The position numbers and the translations under genes are program-made. Positions 43,023 through 56,420 of a stretch of DNA of 64,000 nt are shown here, in pieces. A model generated the notes under the pieces. That model was not told the DNA's origin, made no database searches, and was given only the letters and a program-made list of their open reading frames with translations. The first letter of the stretch is position 1, and every line of letters starts with the position of its first letter. The DNA is from Chrysomallon squamiferum (lineage: Eukaryota > Animalia > Mollusca), in NCBI GenBank assembly GCA_012295275.1, contig CM022672.1, positions 3,596,001 to 3,660,000 on the forward strand, given 5' to 3'.

Positions 43023-45777
43023 ATGGATGAAGATGATGTCTATGAAAGTCTGCCACCATCATCCACGATGACAACTCACATGGTGGCGGGAGCCGCGGCC
43101 GGAGTCATGGAACATTGCGTCATGTACCCTGTTGATTGTGTAAAGGTAAAAGGGTGCAAATTATGAATTCACATAAAACCATGTTAAAGATATTATATAC
43201 ATGATTTCTGTGTATGTCACTAGAACTTACGTTGTGGTAATGTATTTTTAAACACAGGATTTGTTCACCATCTCGTTCTGCATTTATCAGTTATTCCGAA
43301 GTTAGTCTGTTACATAATCTTTATTTCATTTATATCTTAAAAATACCATTGTCAAATTCAATGAGTCTAGTGATCAATTATGGACTGGTGACAGTAATAA
43401 AGGACATAATTATATGGTACATCTTTCGACCATGTGCGGCATATAATATCTACAACTTTGTGCCAAAAGTATTGTTACAAATGTATCAACCACGATACAT
43501 CATTTTACATGTGCTGTAAATTGTAATGATTCAGCAAATTCACTGAATGTAATATTTCTTGTAATTTATGTAAATGAGGCGTAAACATGATTCAATTAGA
43601 ATGATGTTTCATTAAATTAAAATACTGCTTTTCATGATAGCCAGATCAGATAATATATTTTTTCATTTTATAGACAAGAATGCAAAGTCTGGTTCCCGAT
43701 CCAAAGGCAAACTACCGAAGTATGCTTGATGCTTTACGAAAGATAATACGACACGAAGGTATGAAGAAAACAGTTCGTGGCATCAGTGCAGTTATCACTG
43801 GAGCTGGACCTGCACATGCGATGTACTTTGCTTGTTATGAAAAGATTAAGAAAGTAATCAGTGGAGGCCAGCAAGGAAACCATTTTGCAAATGGTGAGTT
43901 ATGATACAGTTTATAAAAAAACCTAAAACACTGATAGAATCTTTTTCTCAGACTGTAAAAATAAGCTCTTTGAGATTTGTGTCTTACAAAATTTTATGTC
44001 TGGATATGATTTATTTTCTGTTGTGGATACAAACATTGAGTCCATTCATCAGACTGCTTAATTAAAGCCCAGGTGGTGTAGCATCACAATCATGTTTATA
44101 TAATACAAATATTTTAATAATAATTCTAGGAAAATAGTTACACTAATAATAATAAAATATTAATTAAGATAACAAAACAGTAATAGAAAACCTCCATGGC
44201 CAATCTAATACGAGTGAATGTATTGGGATAACCATGCATAAAGAATATTTATTAAAATAAACTGAAAGTCCTTTGAGCACTGGATGTTTATTAAGCATTT
44301 TTCTAATTGCCTCTCTTCCACCACACAACAACAAACTCATCACTATTAATAGAAATGTTTTGCAGACTTCATAGCAGCTGTCTATGTTCCTACATTTTTT
44401 TAATTTATAGAAATATCAACAACATACAAATACATGTTAGTTGTGTAATAATAAGGATTCTGTTATTCACAATAATGGACCACCACAAATTGCATAATAC
44501 TTAATAGTAGGCTGCTATAACTAAGTTGTCATATTACTATATTATTAGTTCTACTTACATCTCGATTTTATTTTGCAATTATTAGAACATTACCTCAGAT
44601 GTGACATATAATTAACCTCTAAGAAACAAAACCTATATGTATAGTCTGTAGACTGATTAATTTAGATGGTTACATAGTTTGGAAACTGCGATCTGAATAT
44701 AGCATTCTTCTATGCTGGATCAGTGAAATATGTACATATATATATATATATTTGTTGTTATAGGGGTTGCTGGTTGTGTTTCCACTCTACTACATGACAT
44801 TGTTATGAATCCAGCTGATGGTATGTCTTAAACATTATTATTATTATTCTGTTTGTGTTGGAAGATTTAGTTTATAATTAAATTAAATTCTTTAAATATT
44901 GGTGATCCTTTCTTGATTGTTTTACATAAACACACACATGCACACACACACATGCTTTTTGTATGAGAATTTAATGAAATGAACTAATATTTCTGCACTT
45001 GGAATTATATTCATTGTAAGTGGGTGTTGTCGTTTTTTTTTAAGGTATGAGCTGTAAATTGAAAACATTTTATATTCTTTTTGAAAGGCATAAATAATTT
45101 ATGAAAGAAAAAACAAATTTTTTTATTATTTATTTTCATTCTTTGATATTTTATCATTGTACATTACAATATGAAAAAAAATAAAAACAGAACAAGATTA
45201 ATTTTTCAAACTTGTTTACCTTTCAGTGGTCAAGCAGAGAATGCAGGTGTACGGCAGCCCTTATCGGACATGCATGCACTGCGGCAAAGTAATTCTTCAG
45301 AAGGAAGGAATGAGTGCCTTTTACAGGAGCTTTACAACACAACTGGCCATGAACGTTCCTTTTCAAGCCATTCATTTTATGACTTACGAAATAATGCAGG
45401 ACTCCTTGAACCACGAACGTCGTTACAATCCTCAAACACACATGGTGTCCGGTGCTATGGCAGGAGCAGTTGCTGCTGCATCTACCATGCCGCTGGACGT
45501 GTGCAAGACGTTGTTGAACACGCAGGAGAAGTGTGCCAGGAGGCAGGTGACATGCATCAATGGTATGTCTTCTGCATTCAGAACCGTTTACGAATTTCAG
45601 GGTGTCCTAGGATTCTTTCGTGGACTGCAGGCGAGGGTGATATACCAGGCTCCGGCCACTGCAATTTCCTGGTCTGTGTACGAGTTTTTCAAGTACATCA
45701 TCACACAGCACCGACAGAAAGATGATTCTCATTTTCTAACTTCCCCTGTGCAGGTTTCTGCAGTGTCCCCTAGATAG
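43023..45777 (+). CDS. SLC25A37: Mitoferrin (mitochondrial iron carrier, SLC25A28/SLC25A37 co-ortholog), 4 coding exons, 316 aa
   Basis: Exons 43023-43145, 43674-43893, 44764-44820, 45227-45777; sum 951 nt. Motifs YESLP...[85 protein letters not shown], including three mitochondrial-carrier PxDxxKxR-type signatures. Confidence 0.95.
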
Positions 45778-48700
45778 ACGTTTGTGTAAGTTCATCTAAA
45801 AATCTCTCAGTTTCTCTCTCTTCACTTTACCTTTCCTTTTCAGATAAATTTCAGTAATTCTTAAATGTTTCTCTTTCCTCGATTCTTCCAGAAATAATTA
45901 GTTGATGTGGCTAGTATAATAATAATTTCAGTCAGCTTTCAACTCTTCCACATGTATTTAACAAATAACTAAATATTTAAACAACAGGCCTATCAAAAAA
46001 GTTAAAAAAATAAAAATAATACATTGAAAAAGGAATAAAAATGATCAGTTTAGATCATCCTACTTGATACAAACATAAATTTTTGTATATCGTCTGCATA
46101 AAATGATGTATTATATTTTTGTGTTTTCAGGTCAAATGCAAGAAGACAATTAAAGCACAAATTAATATGCTCATCTGGCTAGAATAAATTGCTATTATAG
46201 TGACCGGTCCACAGAGATTATTCAGTTGTAACTGAACAAAACAAAGGCAATGCTTATAAAACCGTTATCTTACAAGAGTTTATTATATTGCTTTAAATAA
46301 TATTATGAATTTGTTAATTGTTAAAATGACTAAATAATGTTAATGTAATGTACTTTTGAGCTGGGCTCAAGTTAAATTGGCTTTCTGGTTCATTGAGCTG
46401 ATCAGCCAATGAAGCCAGGAATGATTATGATATTATCCATAAATTGAATAAAAGTATTTCTCTAGTCATTATATAAAATAAATGAAAGAAATTTCTGTAA
46501 CATGCTTGATGAGTAGGTTGAGTATATGCTTATATATGATAAAATAATCTAAACTGAAAGAAAAAAACAACATTTGGAACAGTAATTTTAAATTTAAAAC
46601 ATGCTTACTAAAATGAATGTAAAGAAATCTGTTGTCATAATGAGGTAACTGATTTTATAGCATCCTTTGTTTAAACAGTGTATTCATAATAATGTTAACA
46701 CTTTTTCCCTATGCAAGTATATTTTAATTTGTGTCTAGACTGTTGTAGGTTTTTTTAAAATTATTATTACTTTGGTTTTGTAATTTTTTAAATTAATTTT
46801 TCCTCCTTTTTAATTATTAAAATTACTATTTGTTTTAATTGTATTTCTTTTTGCTTTTAAATTTAAAATTTGTCTCTTTTGATACTTTTTTGACAGATCT
46901 GAATCAGAAATGATATGAGTAATTTGACAATGATCTGACATGCATAAAATAAAAATTACAGATCTATTTTGATTGTTTGGCAATTAAAAAATTGAAAACT
47001 AGTTATGTTCTGCTGTTATGGAAAAATCATGTATTGCAAGTTAGAATGTAGTTCAGCTGAAATATGTTTTTATTTAATAATTTCAATAAATGATCTAATT
47101 AACCAGTTATGTTTACTTTACAAATCAGGGACTTTTTGTTTTCTTTGCATGTGCTTTTTGTCATAATGTTTATTATTGCCAAATTGAATTATAGTCAGTT
47201 TGTAACTGAGTCTATGCTAAGTCCAAATATAATGTAAACCGTTCGTTGATGAACTTTTTGATAATGTTTATATAAATAAATGTATGAAAATATTTAGTAG
47301 CTCTTAATATTTATTTGTGGTGTATTTAATTTTGTGTTCTCCAAATTTTAATTATTTTTTTATTAATATTTTTAATTTGTATGTTTGTTATGTTGGAATT
47401 TTTTTTTTATTTTTTTTATTTTTTTACTTTGAATATTTAAATTAAAAGTGGTGATCAGTTGGGTTGAATTTTACCAGGTGTTATAGATATGTCAGCCTTG
47501 TGATATAACAACTGAGGCCAATTTATGAATTGAGAATCAAACACTGAGAAAACTCTAAAGTAAAGCTGCCACCATTAAAAACAAAATTGTGAACACTGTT
47601 AAGAAATGAAATTTACAAAACCATAACAACTATTATGGTACACATTATTATCATATTTATTATTATTATTATTATTTTATTATTATTTTTATTTATTTTA
47701 TTTTATTATTTTTTGAATTTTGATATTGTTATTGGTGCCCAATGTATTTAGCTTAGCTAGGTTTTGGTAAATATATAATTTACTTTTTAAAAAAAATAAT
47801 TTTATTGCTTTGTTCTTTATCATTTAGAAACTTTTGGTGGCATATTTATGGATCATTTTTAAAATTATTTTTTGTTAGATAGTGAAATAACCAGGAAATT
47901 GTTTATTAAAAGTTGACAATTACAGATTAAAGTGAATAAATGTGGCACCAAAAACTTCGTGAACATTAGATTAAAGTAGTGTCTCTCTCTCTTTTATTGT
48001 ATTATTATTATTGTTATTTTTAAGTTCTGCTTTTAGTTTTCATTCAGGGGCATAATTTGTGAAATTACCAAATGTATTATTTTGTGTAGGTTTAAATTTG
48101 AAACTTTTATAGAATTATAATCTACTGACTTTTGTATACCTGTATATGTTCTTACGTGTGGAATTTGTATTAACACTGTAATATGGTTGGGAATAATTTG
48201 GATTATGTATCTGTGTGATTGTGAATACATGGAGATCATTATTAATTTTGCAGTAATCGATAAACACAGATTTGTTATAAAACAAATGAAAATAAGAATT
48301 TAATCTTTAAAGGGTAATACATTTTATTATAAATACGTAATTATTATACCTCTGAAGTATGGTATATTTTTCTATCTAAGCTGCATAATCTGGTTGTGTG
48401 GTTATTCAGATTCTGAAATGAATGTATTCTTTTACTTAAATTGGTTAAATAATCTTTGCAGAATGAAAATGGGTATTTCTTGAGCTTCAATGCATTTATT
48501 TTAATGATTTTTCTTTTTTTCATTCTATTAGTGAATGGCATTTGTTTATAAAGCTAATAAAAATAACTTTTTATTATTATTATTATTTAAGCTAACTTCT
48601 AATCAAGATTAAGCATTAATAATCACTACATAATTTATTCTTTTTTTTTTCATTTATTATTATATTTTTATATATCTTATTATTTTTGGAAAGCATTTTC

Positions 48701-48963
48701 TGATCTGTTGCATGCTAAATATTGTTTAAATTACAACATTATGAAATATTTTTTATTTTAATGTGCGGTGAGTTTGGTGACTTTTTAGAATTTATATTAT
48801 ACCAGAAGTACTTTAGATTAGGAACATAGTTACGTGAGCACGCACATGATACAAAATCTTATTAAATATTACTTTTAACAGGATTTAATTCCACCACACT
48901 GATAATGTGTTAACAAATATTTTGTAATTTTGATTATTGTTTTTTTTTTTAATGATTTCAACA

Positions 48964-49482
48964 GTGTCAGGAGAAGAACTTTTACACTGTTGAAAGTCAT
49001 TTTTATATTTAGGTGAACCACTAGGCTACAAAGTGCAATTGTTCCAAAGAGTAATGTTGGTGGTAGATTATTGGGTCAGAAAGTAAGAGTTTATAGAAAT
49101 GTGTCTTGTTTTGTTTTGATGTCTTGTGTCAGAAGAGAAGACTTTTACACAGTCGTCACTCGCAAACAAGAACTTTTCATTGGATCGTGCTGTTCTGAAA
49201 TTCAGTTTTTCTGATTTACGGATAATTCGGAAGATGAGTTGTACACCTACTTGGCAGTCAAGTTTATTTTTTTTTATTTTCGTTGCTTACTTACTGGTTG
49301 ATCAATATATGTTTCAGAAGACAGAACTTTTAAACATATTTGTCAACCAGCATAAAAATAACTACCTTATTGGTTGATCAGTATGTGTCAGAAGAAAGAA
49401 CTTTTACACATTCGTCAATCAGCATTTTTTATAATTCTTGTTTAGTAGGTGTCAGAAGATACTTTCACACTTGTCAATCAGA
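48964..49482 (+). repeat. Irregularly spaced direct repeats of about 35-40 bp (GTGTCAGAAGAAAGAACTTTTACACA..TGTCAATCAGCA)
   Basis: Copies start at about 48964, 49126, 49311, 49385 and 49449. Confidence 0.75.
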
Positions 49483-50530
49483 ATGAGAAGATACAGCAGC
49501 TTTGCTATTTGCCAAAGAATTTCAGAATGTATCTGTTATCAGAAAAGTAAAAGAAAAGGTTCAGAAGAGGTTACTGAAAGCCATTTAAGGAAGAAACATA
49601 CAAAAAAAAAAAAAAAAAAAAAAATAACAAAACCATTTTAGTTCGTCAGAGGCATTATTTATAATACAGGTAATAAAGGAGTGGCTAAACATGTCAGCTG
49701 GCATTTGAAATAATCTGAAAACAACAGACATCATCTATATTAGACTGGTGGAAGAATACAGCACACTGACAAAAGTTCTCATCTTAGACATCTGCACGTG
49801 TGTTTTGCAGCAGTAATGATACAGTTCAGAGATCCTCTTGTGGTTGTAATTTCATTCTGAAAGTTCAGGAAGTCTGACCCAGATGCCTCCATCATCCTCA
49901 AAACCCATCTGATCTGAATGCAGATGATAATACAGTAAATATTTTGGTGGGCAAGGTCGTTTTCGTAAGTAAAAAATCTTGGAAAGTGTCATGTTCGTTT
50001 TGCCATGCATTCTTGAAGGGTGAAAACTGAAAGCACCTACCTGATCACTTCTGCCATATCAGATGGAAGAACTTCTACATGGTAGCCTTGTGATCTCAAA
50101 GGTCTCACCTTGACCCAAAGTGCTTTCAATGATCTGTGTTGTTATTGTGGAGTATTCCGGCGTTAAGGATGCATGGTGCTAAAAATTTTGTATGCAGTAT
50201 GCTTTTAATCAGTATTTACCTACAAGTTTTTATGAAATAATATATGTATATATAAATATATATTACTCCTTATGTTTGAGAATATTCTTGTTTTCAGGTG
50301 TGAAGTACCAGGAACTATTATTAAAAAATATATAATCAAAGTTATTTTTGTTTGTTTATTGTAATAGCAGGTATATACAGAATATACAGTATATATATAT
50401 TATTACAAGGATTAGAAAAAGACTTCAGCTGGTTAGCGTTCTTGTTAATTTTACTAAAAAAAAAAAAAAAAAAAATACATTACCAACCTTTTGTAACTTG
50501 TATAATAATAATAATAATAATAATGTAAAA

Positions 50531-50612
50531 GAAACCTGTTGCAACCACGATACGGGTTACTCTTTGATTAGCAGCAAGGAATCTTTTATATTTCTCTTTC
50601 CGTGGACACAGA
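50531..50612. mobile_element. Fragment of an interspersed repeat (SINE/MITE-like); inverse-orientation homologue at 53776-53875
   Basis: Its reverse complement (ATAAAAGATTCCTTGCTGCTAATCAAAGAGTAAC...CAGGTTTC) aligns with 53797-53845 (GTAAAAACACTTTTCAGCTAATTGAATAAGAGTAACTCAGCAGGTTTC). Confidence 0.6.
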
Positions 50613-51349
50613 TGCTTCTGCCGGGGCCTATGATGAATCATGAAACGAGAACCATTTAAAAATACGCGTAGTGATCAAATGTGACATTTAACTAGGCAGA
50701 ACTGAACGTTTTGAAAAATAATCTCTTAAACAAGTGACTGGTAAATTAAAATGTTTTCATTTCAATTATTTCTTTATCTAATATCAAAAAATAAACTGAT
50801 CAAATGTGTATTTGATTAGGTAATATTGTAAACTAGGAAATTTCTTTACATTTATCAATAATTTAATTCTGAAAAGGAAATACAGTTTGAATTCAATAAT
50901 GTAAGTATTTAGATATATAAATCAATTAAGATCTTCTCTAATTAAATGATGAGCAAAAGATAAGTCTATATTAGTGTTAAAAAGATAAGTTCAACAAAAA
51001 AATAGATCCATTCAAAGGATTTCACTCAAAGCGTGTTTTATAACAAGGCAGAAAATAAATCAGATGAATTATTGATTTAATACAGTCGATGACATCGTTT
51101 TACTTTTTAAAATAAGAATATATGATAATATTGTTGATTTATAAAATTTTCAAGATATATATATATATATTTTTTCACACTTTAGTTTATTTATGCCAAA
51201 TGTTCAGTGTGAGATTACTTTTCACTTTTGTATAAAACAGTGTCGAGAAATCGCTTTCAGTTTTATAGCAAGTGTTGACCAGATGTTGATACATTTGTGT
51301 CAGGCCCGCAATACATATTATTTAATAAAAACGAACAGAAGAATTACTG

Positions 51350-51355
<6 letters not shown>

Positions 51356-51399
<44 letters not shown>
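51356..51399 (+). repeat. (TA)n(TG)n microsatellite
   Basis: Direct reading. Confidence 0.9.
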
Positions 51400-52470
51400 C
51401 GTGTTCAGCATTATGTTTGCTTTTAACTACTCGTTGGTTATATTTAGATGAAGTATTACGAAATATCGTGCATCCTAGAAATTCTCCCCAAAAACAGACT
51501 GATTCAGTGATAGTAAATAAATTACAAATAAATGTATAAACAAACATAGCACGTAATTTCAAGTGGAAACAGCGTATACTTGAAACAGTCTAGGTTAGCG
51601 ATTTTCAGACTAGACGCTAACAAGTTAAAAGCATCGATATAAAGATCACAATTAGTATCCACTTTAAAACTTCCATATAAAGACAATTATTTGTCAGCAC
51701 GTGAAGCGAGAATGATGTCATGCACCATAATTTATTAAATTTTCTATTTATTATCATTATTATTATTATTTTTATTATTATTATTATTTTATTTATTTCA
51801 TTTTATTTTGTTATTATTTTTAATATAGAGCCACGTGTGATTATTCCCCTGTGGAATACGTTGGTTTCAAAATACCGCTGCTGTGACAGGTTAGTGCGAA
51901 CTACGCACTGAATAAGGACAACGTTCGCCGTCTGTTCAGTTTTGTTTCATTCACCCCGCTGTTATATATACATCGTGTGTTAGTAACCTGTATTACTACT
52001 GATATTACACACTGATACTGATTCTAATTTTAAAGTGGAGCGCAGACACAAACTACTACTATTACTACTACTATCGTCACAACCACTGCTAAGACTACTG
52101 TTGAAACTAATATAGCTCTGCAAAATGTGCTCGAAACAAAAAAAAAGAATAAAACAAGAAACCTTATCACTTGCATCATTATCTATTTTGTTTCTCTCTC
52201 TCTTTTTATTTATTTATTTATTTCTTTATATATTTATATATTTATTTATCTATTTAAATGTAAAGTAGTTAATTTCTTATGCTAATCAATATACTTAAAG
52301 TTTTATCACTATCGTATTTCGAAACTATTAGCAATTTCATTGGCTTGATTAAAACTTTGAGCTTCTAAGATGAAAAGATCGCACATTATACATTATAATT
52401 TTATTCGAAGTTACGAAAATGGCTTGAAAACCAATGAATATCAATCCGATCAAAATTAGATGGAAATCTG

Positions 52471-52622
<152 letters not shown>

Positions 52623-53775
52623 GGACACATTGTTTCACAAAGAACTGAGAAGAATACTAAACATTATTCCCCACAAACAAGTTCTAACATTCGAGGTGAG
52701 ACGTTTTCTTTTTGTCTCCCGTCCAAAAAAGTCCGCAAACTCGGTCTGGATTATCTTAGCCTTTAATGGGTGTTATTTTCTCAGTTCTGAATACTGACGA
52801 CATAACACGGTTGAGTTACGTCCGTCGTGTTTGTAAGCTACCTGTGTTATTTGATAAGCTCAAGGATATACATTAAAAACGGGTATCGAAGCGTATACTG
52901 CTACATACACATGAATTAGCTATCGATATACACACCAGTACAAACACCCATACAAACTGGTTTAACTGGAGGTCGTTGCTTAGTAACAATTAATGCTCTT
53001 GTCGAAATTAACTTACAAAGCTGTAAGATCTAATGCTAGTACAAATGACTATGAATATACAGAGCACGTATAAATAATTATATCTTGTGTTTAGTAATAT
53101 CGTTTACAAAATAAATCATCCAAAAATATTATGTTGATTTGAATTTGATTTTACTTCGACAACTGCATCAACGTCTCTTATTTTCCTTCAAGTACTATTG
53201 TATTATTATTATTACTACTATTACTACTCTACTGCTATTCCTACTATTGCTGCTTCTACTATTACTCTATTACTACTGCTATAACGATTGCTACTACTAC
53301 AGCATAACAACAGTATATACAAGCACTCACAACTGGATACAAGGAACCCTCTTAATAGCATGAACAGGTACGAAAGCTTATCGATGACGAAGATGGTTAA
53401 AGTCAAGAAGTATGAAATTACTACTCGTGTAATCGAATCCAAACAGAAACCACTATATAAAATAGATAATGAGTTTTAACAGATAACGCTAAAGATATTT
53501 TAATGCTCAGCATCTGGAGATCCATGCTTTCAGAAGAAGAAAAGGAAAAATAAAAGCGATCTCGTTTTGCAATGATAGATAAATAAGTTTTATTTTAAAG
53601 TAAGCTTCACTGATCAGCAAAGATTATGTTTATGAAAACCTTTGACTAAAGTACATGAATTTTACTGGGCTCGGATATTAATGGTAACAGTTTTCAGCAT
53701 AGCATTCTGGGAGCTATTAACTTAGCTAGCCACTTTTTCTCACGGCTGGCTCATAAAACGCCATATTTTGTTTTT

Positions 53776-53875
53776 TCCTGTCTGTTGGCAGGTGCATGTA
53801 AAAACACTTTTCAGCTAATTGAATAAGAGTAACTCAGCAGGTTTCTTCTGTTATAATCTGCACAGTCCTTGACCA
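53776..53875. mobile_element. Diverged copy of the interspersed repeat at 50531-50612, opposite orientation
   Basis: Alignment by eye to the 50531-50612 copy. Confidence 0.55.
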
Positions 53876-54894
53876 CTGATGGCCCCACGTAATCGTAGAA
53901 TCAACGGAGAATAACTGATTAATTGCATTGATTATTAATGTTAAATATTACTTAATGAATCGTTAAGCAGGATTTCGTGTATGAAGTCAATCACAGAAAT
54001 TGTGTTTACGTTTTGAATCGTAACCCTTCTTTAAAATTTAACAAGAATTAAATAGTAACTCTCTCTTTAGTTTTCTGTTACTGAAGGAACGGGTTTCAGG
54101 TTAATGTTGTTCTTGTTCAGTCAAAGATTTTAGAAAAATTTGTCTCCGTGCTTGTATTTGACTGCAGTATAAACATTACAAGTACATTATGTCGAATTGA
54201 AAAAATTTAAACTGACAATATTCGTCCATTAACCTTATATATGTTCTTTGTTGTAACTGTGTAAAAGTACATACAATTGTGATCAATAGATAATAACAAA
54301 AAGACAGTTCGTGTTCGTATTAGTTTTATTCAGTAAATATATACATATAAAGAATGAATGCAGTAGAAGCAATACACAGATACTTCAAATATCTTACGTA
54401 TCCAGACAAAAAGAGTTTCACTGTTTAGCTATTATATAACAAAAGCTATCGAATATTGAAAAGTTTTTGTTTTTTATAAATCGAGTCTCGCTAACACATT
54501 TCAAGAATACTCATTATTTTATAATTATGTTTCTGTAAGCAGTGACAAGTAATTACAATTTGCAAGATAATTACAGGTCAGAATCTTGAGTTAATAACTG
54601 TTTTTTTTTTTTTTTTTTTTTTCAAAAGAGACAACACAAAACTCACTCGTCCAAACAGACCATAAAGCCCGTCTCGCTGGAGCCTATTGACAAGACGGTT
54701 CTCCACAATTACCTAATGGTTTTCCAATCAATCCACAGACGTGTGTTTCTTTATCGACAGCTTTTTTTTTTCTTGTTTTTTGTCTTTTGTGTATCAAAAA
54801 TGCACGGGGGATTTTTTTTTTTTTTTTTTACAAAAGCAGGTTTGGACGCTTTGAAGAAGTAGTTTGTTTATTTTACTGCCATAGGTGTGCATAC

Positions 54895-55540
54895 ATTTTT
54901 GTGGATAAAAGTACTAAAACACTCTGTAGAGGTACTGTTATAATCTGTGGATCATTCAGGAATACGTACGTAATTTATAGTTAAAAATGCTAACACGATT
55001 TGAGGATGTATTTTTGAAATATCGGTAAAACTTGTGGTTAAAAAAAAAATATTAAAACAATTTGTGGATAAAAATGCAATAACGATTTGTCGGTATTTTA
55101 AAAATACTATCACGACTGGTGCATATTTTAAATATTAATACAATTTGTGGTTATTTTATAGATACTAATACGATTTGTCAATTTTTCAGAAATCCTAACA
55201 CTAACTGTGGATACTTTACGGATAATGACGATTTGTGAATATCTGCGAAATACTAAAATGATTTGTGGATATCTGTAAAAGATACTAAAACATTTTGTGC
55301 ATTTTTATAGATAGTAAAACGATCTGTGGATTGTGAAAATTCTAAAACGTTTTGTGGGTGCTGTAAAAACATTAAAATGATTTGAGGATGTTTGATAGAT
55401 ACCAACAGACTGTGAATATATACGAGACACTAAACCGATTTGTGAATGTTGTAAAGACACTAAAACGATCTTTGGATTGTAAAACATTCTAAAACATTTT
55501 GAGGATATTTTAAAGATACTAACACGATCTATGGACATGG
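54895..55540 (+). repeat. About 30-31-bp degenerate minisatellite (consensus ATACTAAAACGATTTGTGGATATTTTAAAG)
   Basis: Approximately 18-20 tandem units recognisable by a recurring CGATTTGTGGAT core. Confidence 0.85.
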
Positions 55541-56368
55541 CAATATGATCTGTTGACGATTCTTTACTTTATCTGCATCTTGACATTTATATGGTAACAA
55601 TGACGCAATAGTTCAGTGTGCATAAAATAACTTATCTTTATTTGTGAAAACAACAACGTGTTGTTTCTGGTGTTACTGTGAAGGTGTATTGCCTGTTGAT
55701 GTCAGAATGTGAAAAGACTAAGACTACAAAATGCTTTTTGAAGACATCTACCAAGACTGTACCCTTCTGTCATAGGAAGGAAACACTTGTAAGTCTTTTT
55801 ATATGAATATTTAAAACATATACTGTTGTTTTAGAAACAATTTCGCACACTGAGGCATACACACATGCACAGAATGGACATGCATATAAGAACACACACC
55901 AAAAAATCACAGAATGCACACTTGTACCCACATCATTAGTAAAAAGGATACATATATCATTTTATAAGACCATTTTATAAGACTGCAACTTACCTTTCAG
56001 TTTTTTAAATTTTGTTTTTACTTATCCTTAAAATAAATAAGAAAAAAAAATTATTATTAATAATAATAATAATAATAATAATAATGTTAAGGCCAATTTT
56101 TGAACATATAATTTAATATAAATAGACTTTTTAAAAATAAAATATAATTTAAAATGAACTATTAAGAATATAACGTAATAAAATAATTTTTTTTTTAAAA
56201 TTACTTTTTAAAATGTAAATAAATCGGTCTCAAAAATATAATATATAATATAACATTCTATTATCTTTTAAAAGTAATTTCTTAAAGTTACTATTCAAAA
56301 ATGTTATATCATCATTAGACAGTGATTTTTTAAAAACATTTTCTTTTTTGATATTAACTTTAATAATA

Positions 56369-56370
<2 letters not shown>

Positions 56371-56418
<48 letters not shown>
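56371..56418 (+). repeat. (TAA)n microsatellite
   Basis: Direct reading. Confidence 0.95.

Positions 56419-56420
<2 letters not shown>

Noticed and set aside
45171-45725. 184-aa overlapping ORF in mitoferrin exon 4
   Set aside because: Alternative-frame shadow that starts in an intron; no recognisable protein.
46665-46690. Iron-responsive element in the mitoferrin 3' UTR (CAGTGT loop)
   Set aside because: The flanks TTAAA/ATTCA do not form the required 5-bp upper stem with a C bulge.
48964-49482. CRISPR array
   Set aside because: Eukaryotic context, degenerate non-identical repeats, irregular spacing and no cas genes.
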